Shown one piece after another: positions 9,774 to 19,968 of a stretch of DNA of 64,000 nt (positions are counted from its first letter, which is position 1; the number at the start of each line of letters is the position of its first letter). The stretch is from the NCBI GenBank assembly GCA_965284645.1, contig OZ260106.1, forward strand, positions 2,328,962 to 2,392,961, read 5' to 3'. The notes below the pieces were generated by a model that saw only the letters and a program-made list of their open reading frames with translations, was not told where the DNA came from and did no database searches. Position numbers and translations under genes: made by a program. The stretch is from an uncultured Bacteroidia bacterium (GTDB lineage Bacteria; Bacteroidota; Bacteroidia; JAIBAJ01).

Positions 9774-9804
9774 TAAAAAAAACCGGGACAATAACTTATC
9801 CCGG
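9774..9804 (-). terminator. Rho-independent terminator candidate for the minus-strand operon ending at 10038
   Basis: GC stem 'ccggga-caataactt-atcccgg' followed on the minus-strand RNA by a U-run (plus strand 'aaaaaaaa' at 9774-9782). Confidence 0.5.
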
Positions 9805-10037
9805 TTGATCACATGGTCTATTTTCTAGAACCATATTAGTTTCGGACAGTTTTTCAGTTTCCCCTCTGTATAATGCTGCTCCGAAATTCTCTTTAAATCC
9901 TTATTACAATTGAACCTGGGTGGTTGGAATTTTAGTTTCCCCAGAATTTGTTGGTCCACTAATCACCTTAAAGTACCTAACATCTAAAATTCCATTCACT
10001 ATTTCTAGTAGAATTTCCACCCGAGTTCAATTGTTTT

Positions 10038-10481
10038 TCATAGGGTTTGTTGTTTCAATAAGTCAAATTTACAAATATCAAATCGCTCCTTCACCATCTT
10101 TTCTGCTTCAGTTCTACTAACCTTAAATTCCATAACCATATGCTCAATGATTAAATTGCTGCATTTGGTATATTCTTCTTTAAATTCAGAATCTGTTAAT
10201 TGTAAATATTTCTTTCTAAAATTTGGCCATATGATGTAAAAACTATCAAAATAAGCCTGTTTTAAAAACTCCTTTTCCTTGTTTTTCTTCTCTTCCTCTT
10301 TTTCTTTATTTAATTCAATTTCCTCCAGCTTTCCCCGTCTATTAATCTGATAAACATTTACACTTAGTATTCCAGCTATTAAGATAAAGATAACAAATAA
10401 AGTAACTGTCAATGGATGGAAGCCTAAAAACATGAATAAGCAATTATTTGCTAAAAAGATGTTTTCAAAACATATTATCAT
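10038..10481 (-). CDS. Small single-pass membrane protein with a Lys/Glu-rich segment, hypothetical (third gene of the response-regulator/kinase operon)
   Basis: One hydrophobic helix, then 'EEKKNKEKE'. Lies 170 bp downstream of the histidine kinase on the same strand. Confidence 0.5.
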   Translation of the reverse strand: MIICFENIFLANNCLFMFLGFHPLTVTLFVIFILIAGILSVNVYQINRRGKLEEIELNKEKEEEKKNKEKEFLKQAYFDSFYIIWPNFRKKYLQLTDSEFKEEYTKCSNLIIEHMVMEFKVSRTEAEKMVKERFDICKFDLLKQQTL

Positions 10482-10654
10482 TCGCCATCACTTTAGTTTA
10501 TCCAAATCAAATCGCAAAAGGAAAGACTTAGAAAAAATTTACCAAAGCAAAGGTCCACTAGAGGTTTTAGAAACCAATTAGAGGCAAATTAGAATGAGAT
10601 TAGAATCCTAAAAGAGGGGCCTAACTGCTTGTGAAATAAGTGTATAATTTTCAG

Positions 10655-12019
10655 CTATTGATGCGGAAGTAGCATTTCTACCTTGGTCCCTTTGCCAATT
10701 TCGGAGCTTAACTTGATTTCTCCTTTGTGTAATTCAATAATTTTCTTTGTCAATGGAAGCCCAATTCCATGTCCACTTTTGTTCTTGGCATTCCTTGATC
10801 TGAAGAAAGGTATGTACAATTGGTCTAAATCCTCGTCTGATATGCCCATACCTTGGTCTGAAATGGAAAGGATTACCATTTTCTCATTGAATGAAACATC
10901 CATAAATGCAGTATGGTTGCCACTGTATTTGCAAGCATTATCCAAAACATTGATAATGGCCGATAATATCAATTGCTCATTTCCTTGAATGGTCAGCCAG
11001 TTTTCTTCAGGAAAGCCCTCAAAATTCAAAATAACTGAGTAATTCGGATTTCGTTTCAAAAGTTCGGCACGGGCTAACCCAACCAATTCGTCTATTCGAA
11101 TCTGAACCAATTCAATTTCAGTAATATCCAAACTGGCCTGGGCTAACTCCAACAAACCATTCGATAACTTGTTCAATTGCTTGATGTCGGTCAACAACGA
11201 ATTCAAAATCTCCCTTCCTTCCTGATTTACTTTGTCATTCATCAAGGTAACCTCTATTTGACCTGTAATCGCTGTTAACGGAGTCCTTAATTCATGGGAT
11301 GCATTCGAAACAAAACTCCGCTGTATTTCAAAAGCAGAATCCAAACGCTCCAACATTTTATTGAATTTAATAGCTAGTTGGGCTATCTCATCCTTGGTAT
11401 TGCCTTCTTTGACCCTCAAATTCAAATTGTTGGCTGTAATAGTGTCAATCTGATTCACCATATTGGCAATGGGTTGCAAAGTCTGTCTCGAAAAAAACAT
11501 CCCTACAATCCATATCAAAAGCATGGCTACCACTACCCCGATTATCAAAATCAATTGCAAATAATTCAATTTTGAATAGCCAAATATATCCTGAGCCGAA
11601 GCTACAACCAAATAATCATCATATCTCCCTTTAAAAAACAATCCTACCATTTCTTCCTTATCTTGCTGAATGTAAATTTCACGCTCATCAACAATTCTTT
11701 TCAAAAGATTTTCAGAAATGGGCGGCTTCGTTTTAGGTAAACTGCTGTATACAAGCTTTTTGTTTAAATCAAAAATAAATACCTTTTGCTTAGGTAACGG
11801 ATTTACAGCATTTTTCTCCAAAATGGGTAAAAGGTCGTTGCTGATTTCATCCACATCCGAAAGCAATTTTACGGAATTTAATGCCTTGTCTCTTAACCTT
11901 CCCTTAAACTCCTCCCGCCTAAAATTACCAAGCAATGAATAGATGATTAGGGAAAAACTAATCAAAAATATCGATACTATAAAGGCAAATTGTAAGGTAA
12001 TTCTAGTCCGTATTTTCAT
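10655..12019 (-). CDS. Sensor histidine kinase (periplasmic sensor, HAMP, HisKA, HATPase_c)
   Basis: H-box 'SHELRTPL', two transmembrane segments flanking a periplasmic domain of about 130 aa, and an ATPase G-box 'GHGIGL'. Confidence 0.9.
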   Translation of the reverse strand: MKIRTRITLQFAFIVSIFLISFSLIIYSLLGNFRREEFKGRLRDKALNSVKLLSDVDEISNDLLPILEKNAVNPLPKQKVFIFDLNKKLVYSSLPKTKPPISENLLKRIVDEREIYIQQDKEEMVGLFFKGRYDDYLVVASAQDIFGYSKLNYLQLILIIGVVVAMLLIWIVGMFFSRQTLQPIANMVNQIDTITANNLNLRVKEGNTKDEIAQLAIKFNKMLERLDSAFEIQRSFVSNASHELRTPLTAITGQIEVTLMNDKVNQEGREILNSLLTDIKQLNKLSNGLLELAQASLDITEIELVQIRIDELVGLARAELLKRNPNYSVILNFEGFPEENWLTIQGNEQLILSAIINVLDNACKYSGNHTAFMDVSFNEKMVILSISDQGMGISDEDLDQLYIPFFRSRNAKNKSGHGIGLPLTKKIIELHKGEIKLSSEIGKGTKVEMLLPHQ

Positions 12020-12696
12020 TCTTTTTCCTTTAATACATAGCCCATTCCTACATAGGTATGTATGAGTTTTGGAGTAAAATCTTTATCTATTTTCTTCCTT
12101 AAATAAAAAATGTATAAATCAATAATATTGGTTCCGGTGTCAAACGAAATATCCCAAATTTTTTCAGCAATGTCCGACCTCGAAAGCACAATACCTTTGT
12201 TTCGCATTAAATATTCTAACAGGTGAAATTCTTTGACTGTCAGGGATATAGGTTTGCCACTCCGTTTTACTGTCTTGGTTTTTGTGTCTAATTCCAAATT
12301 GGAAATTTTCAAAATCGATTCCATCACCGGTGCCACACTCGAGCGCTTTATCAAAGCTTTAATCCTGGCCAATAATTCGTCAAATTCAAACGGTTTTACT
12401 AAATAATCATCTGCACCCAGGTCAAATCCTAAAACCTTGTCCTTGGTCGAACCCAATGCAGTAAGCATAAGTATGGGTTTTTTGAAATTCCCTTTCCTCA
12501 ATCGGGTGCAAACCTCAAACCCATTTACCACCGGTAGGTTTACATCCAAAATAATCAAATCAAATTCCCCTTCCTCCGCCATTCTCAATCCTATTTGTCC
12601 ATCATAAGCAATCTCAGTTTCAAAACCATTAACTTCCAAACCCTTGGAAATGAAGGCCGCCACCTTTTGCTCATCCTCAACTATCAGAATTTTCAT
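12016..12696 (-). CDS. OmpR-family response regulator (REC plus winged-helix)
   Basis: 'MKILIVEDE', phospho-acceptor 'LDVNLP', and a C-terminal wHTH. 4-bp overlap with the kinase. Confidence 0.9.
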   Translation of the reverse strand: MKILIVEDEQKVAAFISKGLEVNGFETEIAYDGQIGLRMAEEGEFDLIILDVNLPVVNGFEVCTRLRKGNFKKPILMLTALGSTKDKVLGFDLGADDYLVKPFEFDELLARIKALIKRSSVAPVMESILKISNLELDTKTKTVKRSGKPISLTVKEFHLLEYLMRNKGIVLSRSDIAEKIWDISFDTGTNIIDLYIFYLRKKIDKDFTPKLIHTYVGMGYVLKEKE

Positions 12697-12829
12697 CCCT
12701 ACAAAAGTAGAATTATTTTCTCCTAAATTGCCTTAGAATTTGGGTCATTTTTTCATTTATTCTTCAAATATTTTGCTTTTTTGTCTGATCAAATGCTTCC
12801 TATCTGCCCCATCATTTAACTATTTTTCT

Positions 12830-13000
12830 TTATTTGGTGGGCCCCCTCCGCCCATTTACCTTTGGATATATTTTACCATTCTACCTGGGGCGTTCGGGTC
12901 AGGCTTTCGGCGGTAGTCCTCGGTCCGCTTCGTTGCCCTACGCGTCCCTGTGGGCTACACTGCCTCTATCCTTGCCCTGGGCCGTTGTACCTGGCTTTGG
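12830..13000 (-). repeat. Family-1 repeat, copy C (reverse orientation, divergent variant)
   Basis: Reverse complement aligns to copies D/F/G with clustered substitutions in the middle segment. 3' hairpin 'aaatgggcggagggggcccaccaaa'. Confidence 0.8.
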
Positions 13001-13078
13001 TAGGTATACTAGTCAGTTGTTTTTCATATTTGTAGTGGTGCATGTTTGTTTCAAATAACCTTGCTGCTTGTCATTTCA

Positions 13079-14326
13079 ATGCAATCGCCCTACCTTTGCC
13101 CCGTGAAAAAACCGTGGGAAATTTCCATAGCAGATTTTACTTATTCGCTACCTCCTGATAGGATTGCCCAGTTCCCTTTGTCGGATAGAGAGGCTTCTAA
13201 GTTGCTCTATTTCAATGGGCAAGATATTATTTCAAAGACTTTCCTTGATATTCCTTCCTTTTTGCCCCCACAATCCTTGTTGGTGCTTAATGCAACCAAG
13301 GTGGTGAAAGCCCGGTTGCTTTTTTCAAACAGTACGGGAGGTAAAATCGAAGTGTTTTGTTTGGAACCTATTAGCCAATTGCCCTCCGTCGCCCTTGAAT
13401 CAAGCCATTCTACGGTTTGGAAAACAATGGTCGGCGGTCTGAAAAAATGGAAGAATGAAACGCTTTTCCTCGAAATCTCCGGTCCTCCATCCATTGTACT
13501 AAAGGCTAAAAAGCAGGCTGAACAAGGAAATATTGTTACCATTGAATTCTCCTGGGAGCCATCTGATCTGAGCTTTGCCGAAGTGCTGGAAGCGGCTGGA
13601 AAGGTTCCTTTGCCTCCATACATGAAACGGGATGTGGAAAAGTCAGACGAAAATCGCTACCAAACAACCTACAATAAATTCCCGGGTTCAGTGGCCGCAC
13701 CTACAGCTGGACTGCATTTTACAACTCAAGTATTGGACCGCATTCGCCAAGTTGGTCACCATACAGCTGAACTTTGCCTCCATGTAGGTGCTGGTACTTT
13801 TGCCCCGGTGAAGGCCGATAAAATGGAAGAGCATCCTATGCATGCAGAATGGTTCGAGGTGGAAATGTCTGTTCTTGAATCCTTGAAAAATCAGGGCGAT
13901 TATCCCGTAGTGGCTGTTGGTACTACCTCCCTACGAACCCTGGAAACCTTGTATTGGCTGGGGGTGAAAGTATCGCAAGGTATCGATTTTCAATCTTCGG
14001 CCTATTGCCTCTCACAATGGGAACCGTATCAACTAAATTCTACCCTTTCTTTTTCGGAAAGCCTTAATTTTTTGATAAATTATCTTAATTCGAAAGCCTT
14101 GAAGTCCATTATCGGACAGACCCAAATATTAATTGCACCTGGTTATGAATTTAAGGTAGTAAATGCATTGGTTACAAACTTCCATCAGCCCAATTCCACC
14201 TTGCTTTTGCTCATAGCGGCTTTCATAGGCGAATCATGGCGAAAGGTATATGAATTTGCACTCGAAAATGAGTATCGTTTCTTGAGTTATGGTGATAGTT
14301 CCTTGCTAATAAAACCTACTACCTAA
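13079..14326 (+). CDS. queA: S-adenosylmethionine:tRNA ribosyltransferase-isomerase
   Basis: QueA-like over its length ('LPPDRIAQFPL', 'GKVPLPPYMKR'). The first ATG is at 13079; the track's TTG at 13046 lies inside repeat copy C. Confidence 0.85.
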   Translation: MQSPYLCPVKKPWEISIADFTYSLPPDRIAQFPLSDREASKLLYFNGQDIISKTFLDIPSFLPPQSLLVLNATKVVKARLLFSNSTGGKIEVFCLEPISQLPSVALESSHSTVWKTMVGGLKKWKNETLFLEISGPPSIVLKAKKQAEQGNIVTIEFSWEPSDLSFAEVLEAAGKVPLPPYMKRDVEKSDENRYQTTYNKFPGSVAAPTAGLHFTTQVLDRIRQVGHHTAELCLHVGAGTFAPVKADKMEEHPMHAEWFEVEMSVLESLKNQGDYPVVAVGTTSLRTLETLYWLGVKVSQGIDFQSSAYCLSQWEPYQLNSTLSFSESLNFLINYLNSKALKSIIGQTQILIAPGYEFKVVNALVTNFHQPNSTLLLLIAAFIGESWRKVYEFALENEYRFLSYGDSSLLIKPTT

Positions 14327-14362
14327 TTTGTATTTATTCTTTTTTCGTTCCTTTGTCCTTCG

Positions 14363-14632
14363 ATGAGTTTGTTTCGCGTAATTCTCCTTCTGATTTTTGG
14401 CTGGTACATGTTGGCCATTTTTGGACGGTACCTTTTTCCTTGGCTACTTCGTCTGCTGTTTAATTCTGCCGCAGAAAAGGTGGCAAAGCAAATGGGTGGT
14501 AACCAAACCCCTCCGCGCCAAATAAAAAAGGAAGGTGAAGTTACCATCAGTCGCAAACAAACAAACCCTAACCAACAATCAGGGCAATCAGGCCATGATG
14601 ATGAATATGTCGATTTTGAAGAAATTCCTTAA
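14363..14632 (+). CDS. DUF4834-like small membrane protein
   Basis: 89 aa with an N-terminal transmembrane helix, a Gln/Asn-rich linker and an acidic tail 'DDEYVDFEEIP'. Confidence 0.5.
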   Translation: MSLFRVILLLIFGWYMLAIFGRYLFPWLLRLLFNSAAEKVAKQMGGNQTPPRQIKKEGEVTISRKQTNPNQQSGQSGHDDEYVDFEEIP

Positions 14633-14656
14633 CCAATACCTAACTATACCTATCCG

Positions 14657-17092
14657 ATGAATTTTAAAAAGTACCTTCCTCATGTTTTGGTAATTGCTGC
14701 TTTCGCCGTTATTTCCCTTGGATTTTTCTTTCCTCTTCTTCAAGGAAAAGCACTGATGCAACAGGATATCAGCAATTTTAAAGGAATGAGCCAAGAAATA
14801 AAGCAGTTCCGTGAAACGTACCACGAAGAACCACTTTGGACCAATTCTATGTTTGGTGGAATGCCGGCTTACCAAATTTCAACACTCTATCCTTCCAACT
14901 GGATTGCGGCTATCGACAAAGGCTTGATTTCCATTTTACCCCATCCTGCCAACTACCTTTTCCTACTTATGGTAGGTTTCTTCCTCACCGGACTGATGCT
15001 GGGTGCACATGTTTGGGTTTCAGCAGCTTTGGCCATAGCCTTTGCCTTTTCATCCTATTCCTTAATTGTAATCGAGGCCGGACACAATTCAAAAGTACAT
15101 GCCATTGCCTATTTCGCTCCGGTGCTTGGTGCCGTAATTATGACTTTCCGTGGAAAATATGTTTTGGGCGCTGTACTAACCGCGCTTTTCCTTTCCCTTG
15201 AAATCGCTACCAACCACTTGCAAATTACGTATTACCTCATGCTAACCTTGCTTGTTTTTGGCGTTGGTAAGCTTATTGAAATGGCCATTCAAGGTAAATT
15301 GGCCGATTTTTTTAAATCTACCGCCATCCTGCTTCCTGCAGTGGGTATCGCTATTTTGCCCAATATTACTAACCTTATGGCAACCTACGAATATGGTCAA
15401 TTTACCATGCGCGGAAAAAGTGAATTAAAGCAAGTAAGCGCCAAATCTACAGGTTTGAATAAGGATTACGCCCTTGGCTGGAGCTACGGGGTTACCGAAA
15501 CCGGAACTATTTTAATACCAAACTTTCATGGAGGGGCCTCCCAACAAGAAGTGAGTGCTAAATCTGAAATAGCCGATGCCTTGAAAGAAAACGGCCAACC
15601 AGCCAGCGTAGTAAAGCAGTTTGTTAAATCGGTTCCAACCTATTGGGGTGATCAACCTTTTACCTCTGGTCCAGTTTATTTCGGTGCTTCGGTAGTATTC
15701 CTGTTTGTACTTGGTTTACTTGCCTTGGGCAACGCCGACCGTTGGTGGATATTAGTTGCTGCTTTGCTTTCAATGGCTTTATCCTGGGGTAAAAACTGGC
15801 CTCCATTAACTGACTTTTTCTTTGATTATTTCCCCGGCTACAACAAGTTTAGGGCAGTTTCTATGACCTTGGTTATTGCCCAGGTTGTGTTTCCTTTCCT
15901 TGCTTTGTTAGTGATTAAAAAACTTACCGAAACCAAACAAACCTTCGAAGAATGGAAACCAAAACTTATGATGGCCTTGTATATCACAGGCGGGATTTGC
16001 TTGTTTTTTGTTCTTTTACCCGGTGCTTTCTTCAGTTTTGAAGGGGCAGGCGACGAACAAATGAAAGGTTCTTTCCCTGATTGGTTGATGGCTGCCATCG
16101 TTACTGAAAGAGAAAGTATGCTTCGGATGGATGCCCTACGTTCCTTGGTTTTTATCGCCTTAAGTTTTGGATTGATATGGTTTTACTTGAAAAATAAAAT
16201 TACTGAAATGGTCTTAATGGCTGGTTTAGCTTTGTTGTTTTTGGTGGATTTGGGCGGTGTTGACAAACGCTATATTAACAGTGAAAGCTTCGTGAATAAA
16301 TCAAGGGTTGAAAAACCTTTTGTACCTACCGAAGCAGATGAGAAAATCCTTCAAGACCCTGATCCGAATTTCCGTGTATTTAACTTGGCTGTAAATACAT
16401 TTAACGATGCTAGCACCAGCTATTTCCACAAAAGCATTGGAGGTTACCATGGCGCCAAATTGAAACGCTACCAAGAAGTAATCGATTCCTGCCTGAGCCG
16501 AAGCAACATGGGTGTTATAAATATGTTGAATACCCGCTATGTCATCATCAAGGATAAAAATTCAGGACAACTAATTCCGCAACGAAACCCTCAGGCCTGT
16601 GGCAATGCATGGTTTGTTCCTGCTGTAAAATTTGTTCCGGATGCAGATGGCGAATTAAATGCCTTGATGGATTCGTTTGCCCCCGTTAAAGAAGCCATTG
16701 TAAACGAGAAGTTCAAAGAGCAAATCGGCAATTGGACAGGTGGAACCATCGACTCGTCGGCTTCTATCAAATTAACCGATTATAAAGCCAATGACTTGAA
16801 ATATGAATATGTAGCCTCCAAAGAACAAATCGCAGTATTCTCCGAAATCTATTACGAAAAAGGCTGGAATGCCTATGTGGATGGACAATTAACACCTCAT
16901 TTTCAAACCGATTATATCTTGAGAGGTATGAAACTGCCGGCAGGTAAACACACCGTTGAATTCAAATTTGAACCAACAGTTTACCGAACAGGCGAAAAAA
17001 TAGCAATGGCCGGAAGTATTTTGTTATTGCTTTTGGTTGCCGGAGGTATTTTCATGGAGGTAAAAGGGCAAGCCGGTAATGACAAAGCTTAG
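14657..17092 (+). CDS. YfhO-family polytopic membrane protein (putative glycosyltransferase)
   Basis: 811 aa with more than 12 transmembrane helices, a large extracytoplasmic C-terminal domain and a final transmembrane helix: YfhO architecture. Confidence 0.7.
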   Translation: MNFKKYLPHVLVIAAFAVISLGFFFPLLQGKALMQQDISNFKGMSQEIKQFRETYHEEPLWTNSMFGGMPAYQISTLYPSNWIAAIDKGLISILPHPANYLFLLMVGFFLTGLMLGAHVWVSAALAIAFAFSSYSLIVIEAGHNSKVHAIAYFAPVLGAVIMTFRGKYVLGAVLTALFLSLEIATNHLQITYYLMLTLLVFGVGKLIEMAIQGKLADFFKSTAILLPAVGIAILPNITNLMATYEYGQFTMRGKSELKQVSAKSTGLNKDYALGWSYGVTETGTILIPNFHGGASQQEVSAKSEIADALKENGQPASVVKQFVKSVPTYWGDQPFTSGPVYFGASVVFLFVLGLLALGNADRWWILVAALLSMALSWGKNWPPLTDFFFDYFPGYNKFRAVSMTLVIAQVVFPFLALLVIKKLTETKQTFEEWKPKLMMALYITGGICLFFVLLPGAFFSFEGAGDEQMKGSFPDWLMAAIVTERESMLRMDALRSLVFIALSFGLIWFYLKNKITEMVLMAGLALLFLVDLGGVDKRYINSESFVNKSRVEKPFVPTEADEKILQDPDPNFRVFNLAVNTFNDASTSYFHKSIGGYHGAKLKRYQEVIDSCLSRSNMGVINMLNTRYVIIKDKNSGQLIPQRNPQACGNAWFVPAVKFVPDADGELNALMDSFAPVKEAIVNEKFKEQIGNWTGGTIDSSASIKLTDYKANDLKYEYVASKEQIAVFSEIYYEKGWNAYVDGQLTPHFQTDYILRGMKLPAGKHTVEFKFEPTVYRTGEKIAMAGSILLLLLVAGGIFMEVKGQAGNDKA

Positions 17093-17795
17093 TGTAAACA
17101 TCAATAAAATTGCCACCTTACGCAATGCACGTGGGGGCAATGTACCCAATGTTTTGCAAGCTGCGTTGGATATTGAACGGTTTGGTGCACAAGGAATTAC
17201 AGTGCATCCTCGCCCCGACGAAAGGCATATCCGATACCAGGATGTGCGTGACCTAAGAAAAGCCATTACCACTGAATTAAATGTGGAAGGTTACCCAAAC
17301 GATTCGTTTATTGAATTGGTACTGGAAACCATGCCTGAGCAAGTTACCCTTGTTCCCGACCCGCCTCATGTGCTTACGTCAAATGCCGGTTGGGATACCA
17401 TCAAAGAGTTGGATTTTTTAAAAGAAGTCATCCGGATTTTTAAGGACAAGGGCATTCGAACCTCGCTATTTGTTGACCCAATTGAGGAAAGAGTAGAAGG
17501 TGCAAAAAGAACCGGAACCGACCGTATTGAACTGTATACCGAAAGTTATGCTTCCCATTTTCCTATCGACAAATTTGCTGCAATAAAGGCTTTTATCAAG
17601 GCTGCTGAAACCGCCAATAAACTCGAATTAGGCGTAAATGCAGGACATGATCTTTCCTTAGAAAACCTGGCCTATTTTTACAAGCATATTCCCAATCTTT
17701 TGGAGGTTTCCATCGGTCATGCCTTGATATCGGATGCCCTCTATTTCGGATTAGAAAATACCGTACAGCTTTATTTAAGGGAACTAAATAACTAA
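17079..17795 (+). CDS. pdxJ: Pyridoxine 5'-phosphate synthase
   Basis: '[17 protein letters not shown]...[12 protein letters not shown]' is the PdxJ signature. Confidence 0.9.
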   Translation: MTKLSVNINKIATLRNARGGNVPNVLQAALDIERFGAQGITVHPRPDERHIRYQDVRDLRKAITTELNVEGYPNDSFIELVLETMPEQVTLVPDPPHVLTSNAGWDTIKELDFLKEVIRIFKDKGIRTSLFVDPIEERVEGAKRTGTDRIELYTESYASHFPIDKFAAIKAFIKAAETANKLELGVNAGHDLSLENLAYFYKHIPNLLEVSIGHALISDALYFGLENTVQLYLRELNN

Positions 17796-18684
17796 AAGTT
17801 CATGTAATCCGCTGGATTGAGCGGGGTTCCATTGTACCAAAGTTCAAAGTGTAAGTGAGGTCCTGTAGTAAGTTCGCCACTGTTTCCAATAATGGCTATT
17901 GGTTCTCCGGCTTTTACCATGTTCCCTGTTTTCTTCAATAAGGTACTGTTGTGCTTGTAAACCGACAAAAGATTGTTGTCGTGTTGAATGGCAATCACAT
18001 AACCTGTTTCGGAGGTCCAGCCACTAAATACCACTTTTCCACCCAAGGTTGCTTTAATGTTTTCGTCTTTAGGGGCCACAATATCTACACCAAAATGACT
18101 GTCGATGGTATTGAATTTGGTTGTAACAACGCCTTTGATTGGAGGAAAAAGAAAACACCAGCCATGCTTCCGCTTGTCCTGCTGTTTGGATTGTTAGCAA
18201 TAACCCTTCCCCCGCCAAGTCGCTCTTCTTCTGCTACTTGTTTGCGCAATAAGGAATCTTCGCTCGACTTTTTGAAACTTAAATTGTTGTATTTCTTTGT
18301 ACTATCGGGTTTGGAAAGATCGCCTTGTGGCGGAACCTGTCCTGAAATAATATAATTCAGGTTTTTGATGTAAGCATCCTTGGTCCGCATTTCGTTTTCG
18401 AGCGAATCAACTTTGATGCTCATAGAAAATACAGTCCTACGCATTCCTACATCCGCATAACCGGGTATGTACTCACGCAGGGGTGTAAATGCAATGATGT
18501 ACACCATAGAAATAATCAAAAACAAAGTGAAGGAACCAAAAACGGTGATTACATTCATAGGGGAAAGGGTTAGGGAAGCCTTTTCCTCGAAGGTTTCATC
18601 GTTCATGATAACCAAACGGTATTTGCTTTTCAGCCGTTTGATTAGCTTTTTCTTTTGTTTGGGTTCTTCTTGCTGTTCCATCAA
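17792..18684 (-). pseudogene. M23 (LytM-type) metallopeptidase, interrupted by a frameshift at about 18140-18160
   Basis: N-terminal ORF 18085-18684 (transmembrane plus coiled-coil) and C-terminal ORF 17792-18079 ('HFGVDIVAP...PHLHFELWYNG'). The M23 frame reads 'PIKGVVTTKFNTIDSHFGVDI' but carries a stop at 18194-18196. The frames switch within the T-rich 'ggtgttttctttttcctcc' on the minus strand. Confidence 0.75.
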
Positions 18685-18829
18685 ATCGGCGCGAAGATAA
18701 TAAACTTAACCCCAAAATAGTGAAGTGCCAGGAGGAGCTATTATGCTTCAGTTGTTTTTATTCACCCCATCTACCATTTTTGGATAAATCTTCACTGGTT
18801 TTATTTCACCAAATACTAGATCGGAGGTG

Positions 18830-18985
18830 TCCGGGCAAGGATAGAGGCAGTCTAGCCCACAGGGATGCGGAGGCACGGAGCAGACCGAGGACTAGCGCCG
18901 AAAGCCTGACCCAATCGCCCTTGCAGACTATTTTGTTTTCAGTAGACAGTGGTTTTGGCGATTGGGGGCCCGCCACATAAAAAAA
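18830..18985 (+). repeat. Family-1 repeat, copy D (forward)
   Basis: Core plus 3' hairpin 'ttttggcgattgggggcccgccaca' plus A-run. Lies in the divergent intergenic region. Confidence 0.85.
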
Positions 18986-19020
18986 GAAAGCATAAATGGG
19001 AAAAGCTAATAAATTGTGAA

Positions 19021-19830
19021 ATGATAAGGGATTTTCTGTTCAAAACCTATTTTTGTGCTGTGGAAAAAACAGTACCGCTCAATTTTAAAGTGTATGGCGA
19101 ATCAGGGCCTGCCTTGGTTATCGTTCATGGTTTGTTTGGCTCGTTGGACAATTGGGCAAGCTTAGCAAAAAGATTTTCTAATGATTTTCAAGTATTTACC
19201 GTCGATCAACGCAACCATGGATTGAGCCCGCATACCGACGATTTTTCCATTGAATTGCTGGCCGAGGATTTAAAGGCATTTTTGGACGACCGGAATTTAA
19301 AAAAAGTGAATCTGATAGGGCATTCGCTGGGAGGGAAAACGGGCATGCACCTGGCTATTGCCCATCCCGATCGGGTAGGAAAGTTGGTGGTGGCCGATAT
19401 TGCGCCAAAAGCGTATCCCCTGCATCATCAAGTTATTTTGGAAGCTTTGCATAGCTTGGATTTTGGCGAATTAAGCAGTAGGAAAGAGGCTGAACTTTTG
19501 ATGGGACAACGAATTCAGGAACCGTCTACCTTGCAGTTTCTGTTGAAAAACCTCACTTGGAAAGAAGAGGGGAAATTGGCCTGGAAATTCAATCTCAAAA
19601 GTTTAACCCAACATATTCAGGAAGTGGGAAAGCTCCAGGAAGGCATTTGCACCGTGGAAACGCTTTTTTTGAGAGGCGACCGATCGGGTTATATCCATGA
19701 AAGCGATTACCAAAGCATCTACCAGCAATTCCCATTTTCCGAAATTCATACCTTATCCAATTGCGGTCATTGGTTACATGCCGAACAACCTGAATTGTTT
19801 TATCAGGAGGTGAGTAAGTTTTTTGCTTAA
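19021..19830 (+). CDS. Alpha/beta-fold hydrolase (esterase/lipase-like)
   Basis: Nucleophile elbow 'GHSLGG'; His in 'CGHWLH'. The track's GTG start at 18949 lies in repeat D; first ATG is at 19021. Confidence 0.8.
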   Translation: MIRDFLFKTYFCAVEKTVPLNFKVYGESGPALVIVHGLFGSLDNWASLAKRFSNDFQVFTVDQRNHGLSPHTDDFSIELLAEDLKAFLDDRNLKKVNLIGHSLGGKTGMHLAIAHPDRVGKLVVADIAPKAYPLHHQVILEALHSLDFGELSSRKEAELLMGQRIQEPSTLQFLLKNLTWKEEGKLAWKFNLKSLTQHIQEVGKLQEGICTVETLFLRGDRSGYIHESDYQSIYQQFPFSEIHTLSNCGHWLHAEQPELFYQEVSKFFA

Positions 19831-19968
19831 AATGTTGGTGTTGAAATTTAATCGTTGCAGGCTTTATTTTTGCCGATATTTCAATAAAATGGAAGGTTAT
19901 ATTGAAAAAAAATAAACGAAGAATAAAACCTTTGGGTCATTGGGTAAAGACCTTATATTTGGTAGGTC

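Noticed and set aside
12834-13058. ORFs overlapping family-1 repeat copies (12834-13058, 18720-18980, 35968-36294, 39031-39240, 39152-39400)
   Set aside because: The same 'LPLSLPW / RLSALVLGLLRAYASLWARLPLSLP' peptides recur because the repeat itself is open in one frame. There are no start or RBS signals, and the frame orientation flips with the repeat orientation.
14323-14875. Minus-strand ORFs 14323-14556 and 14588-14875
   Set aside because: They overlap DUF4834 and the YfhO start on the opposite strand, and read as Arg/Lys-rich low-complexity sequence. Likely spurious.
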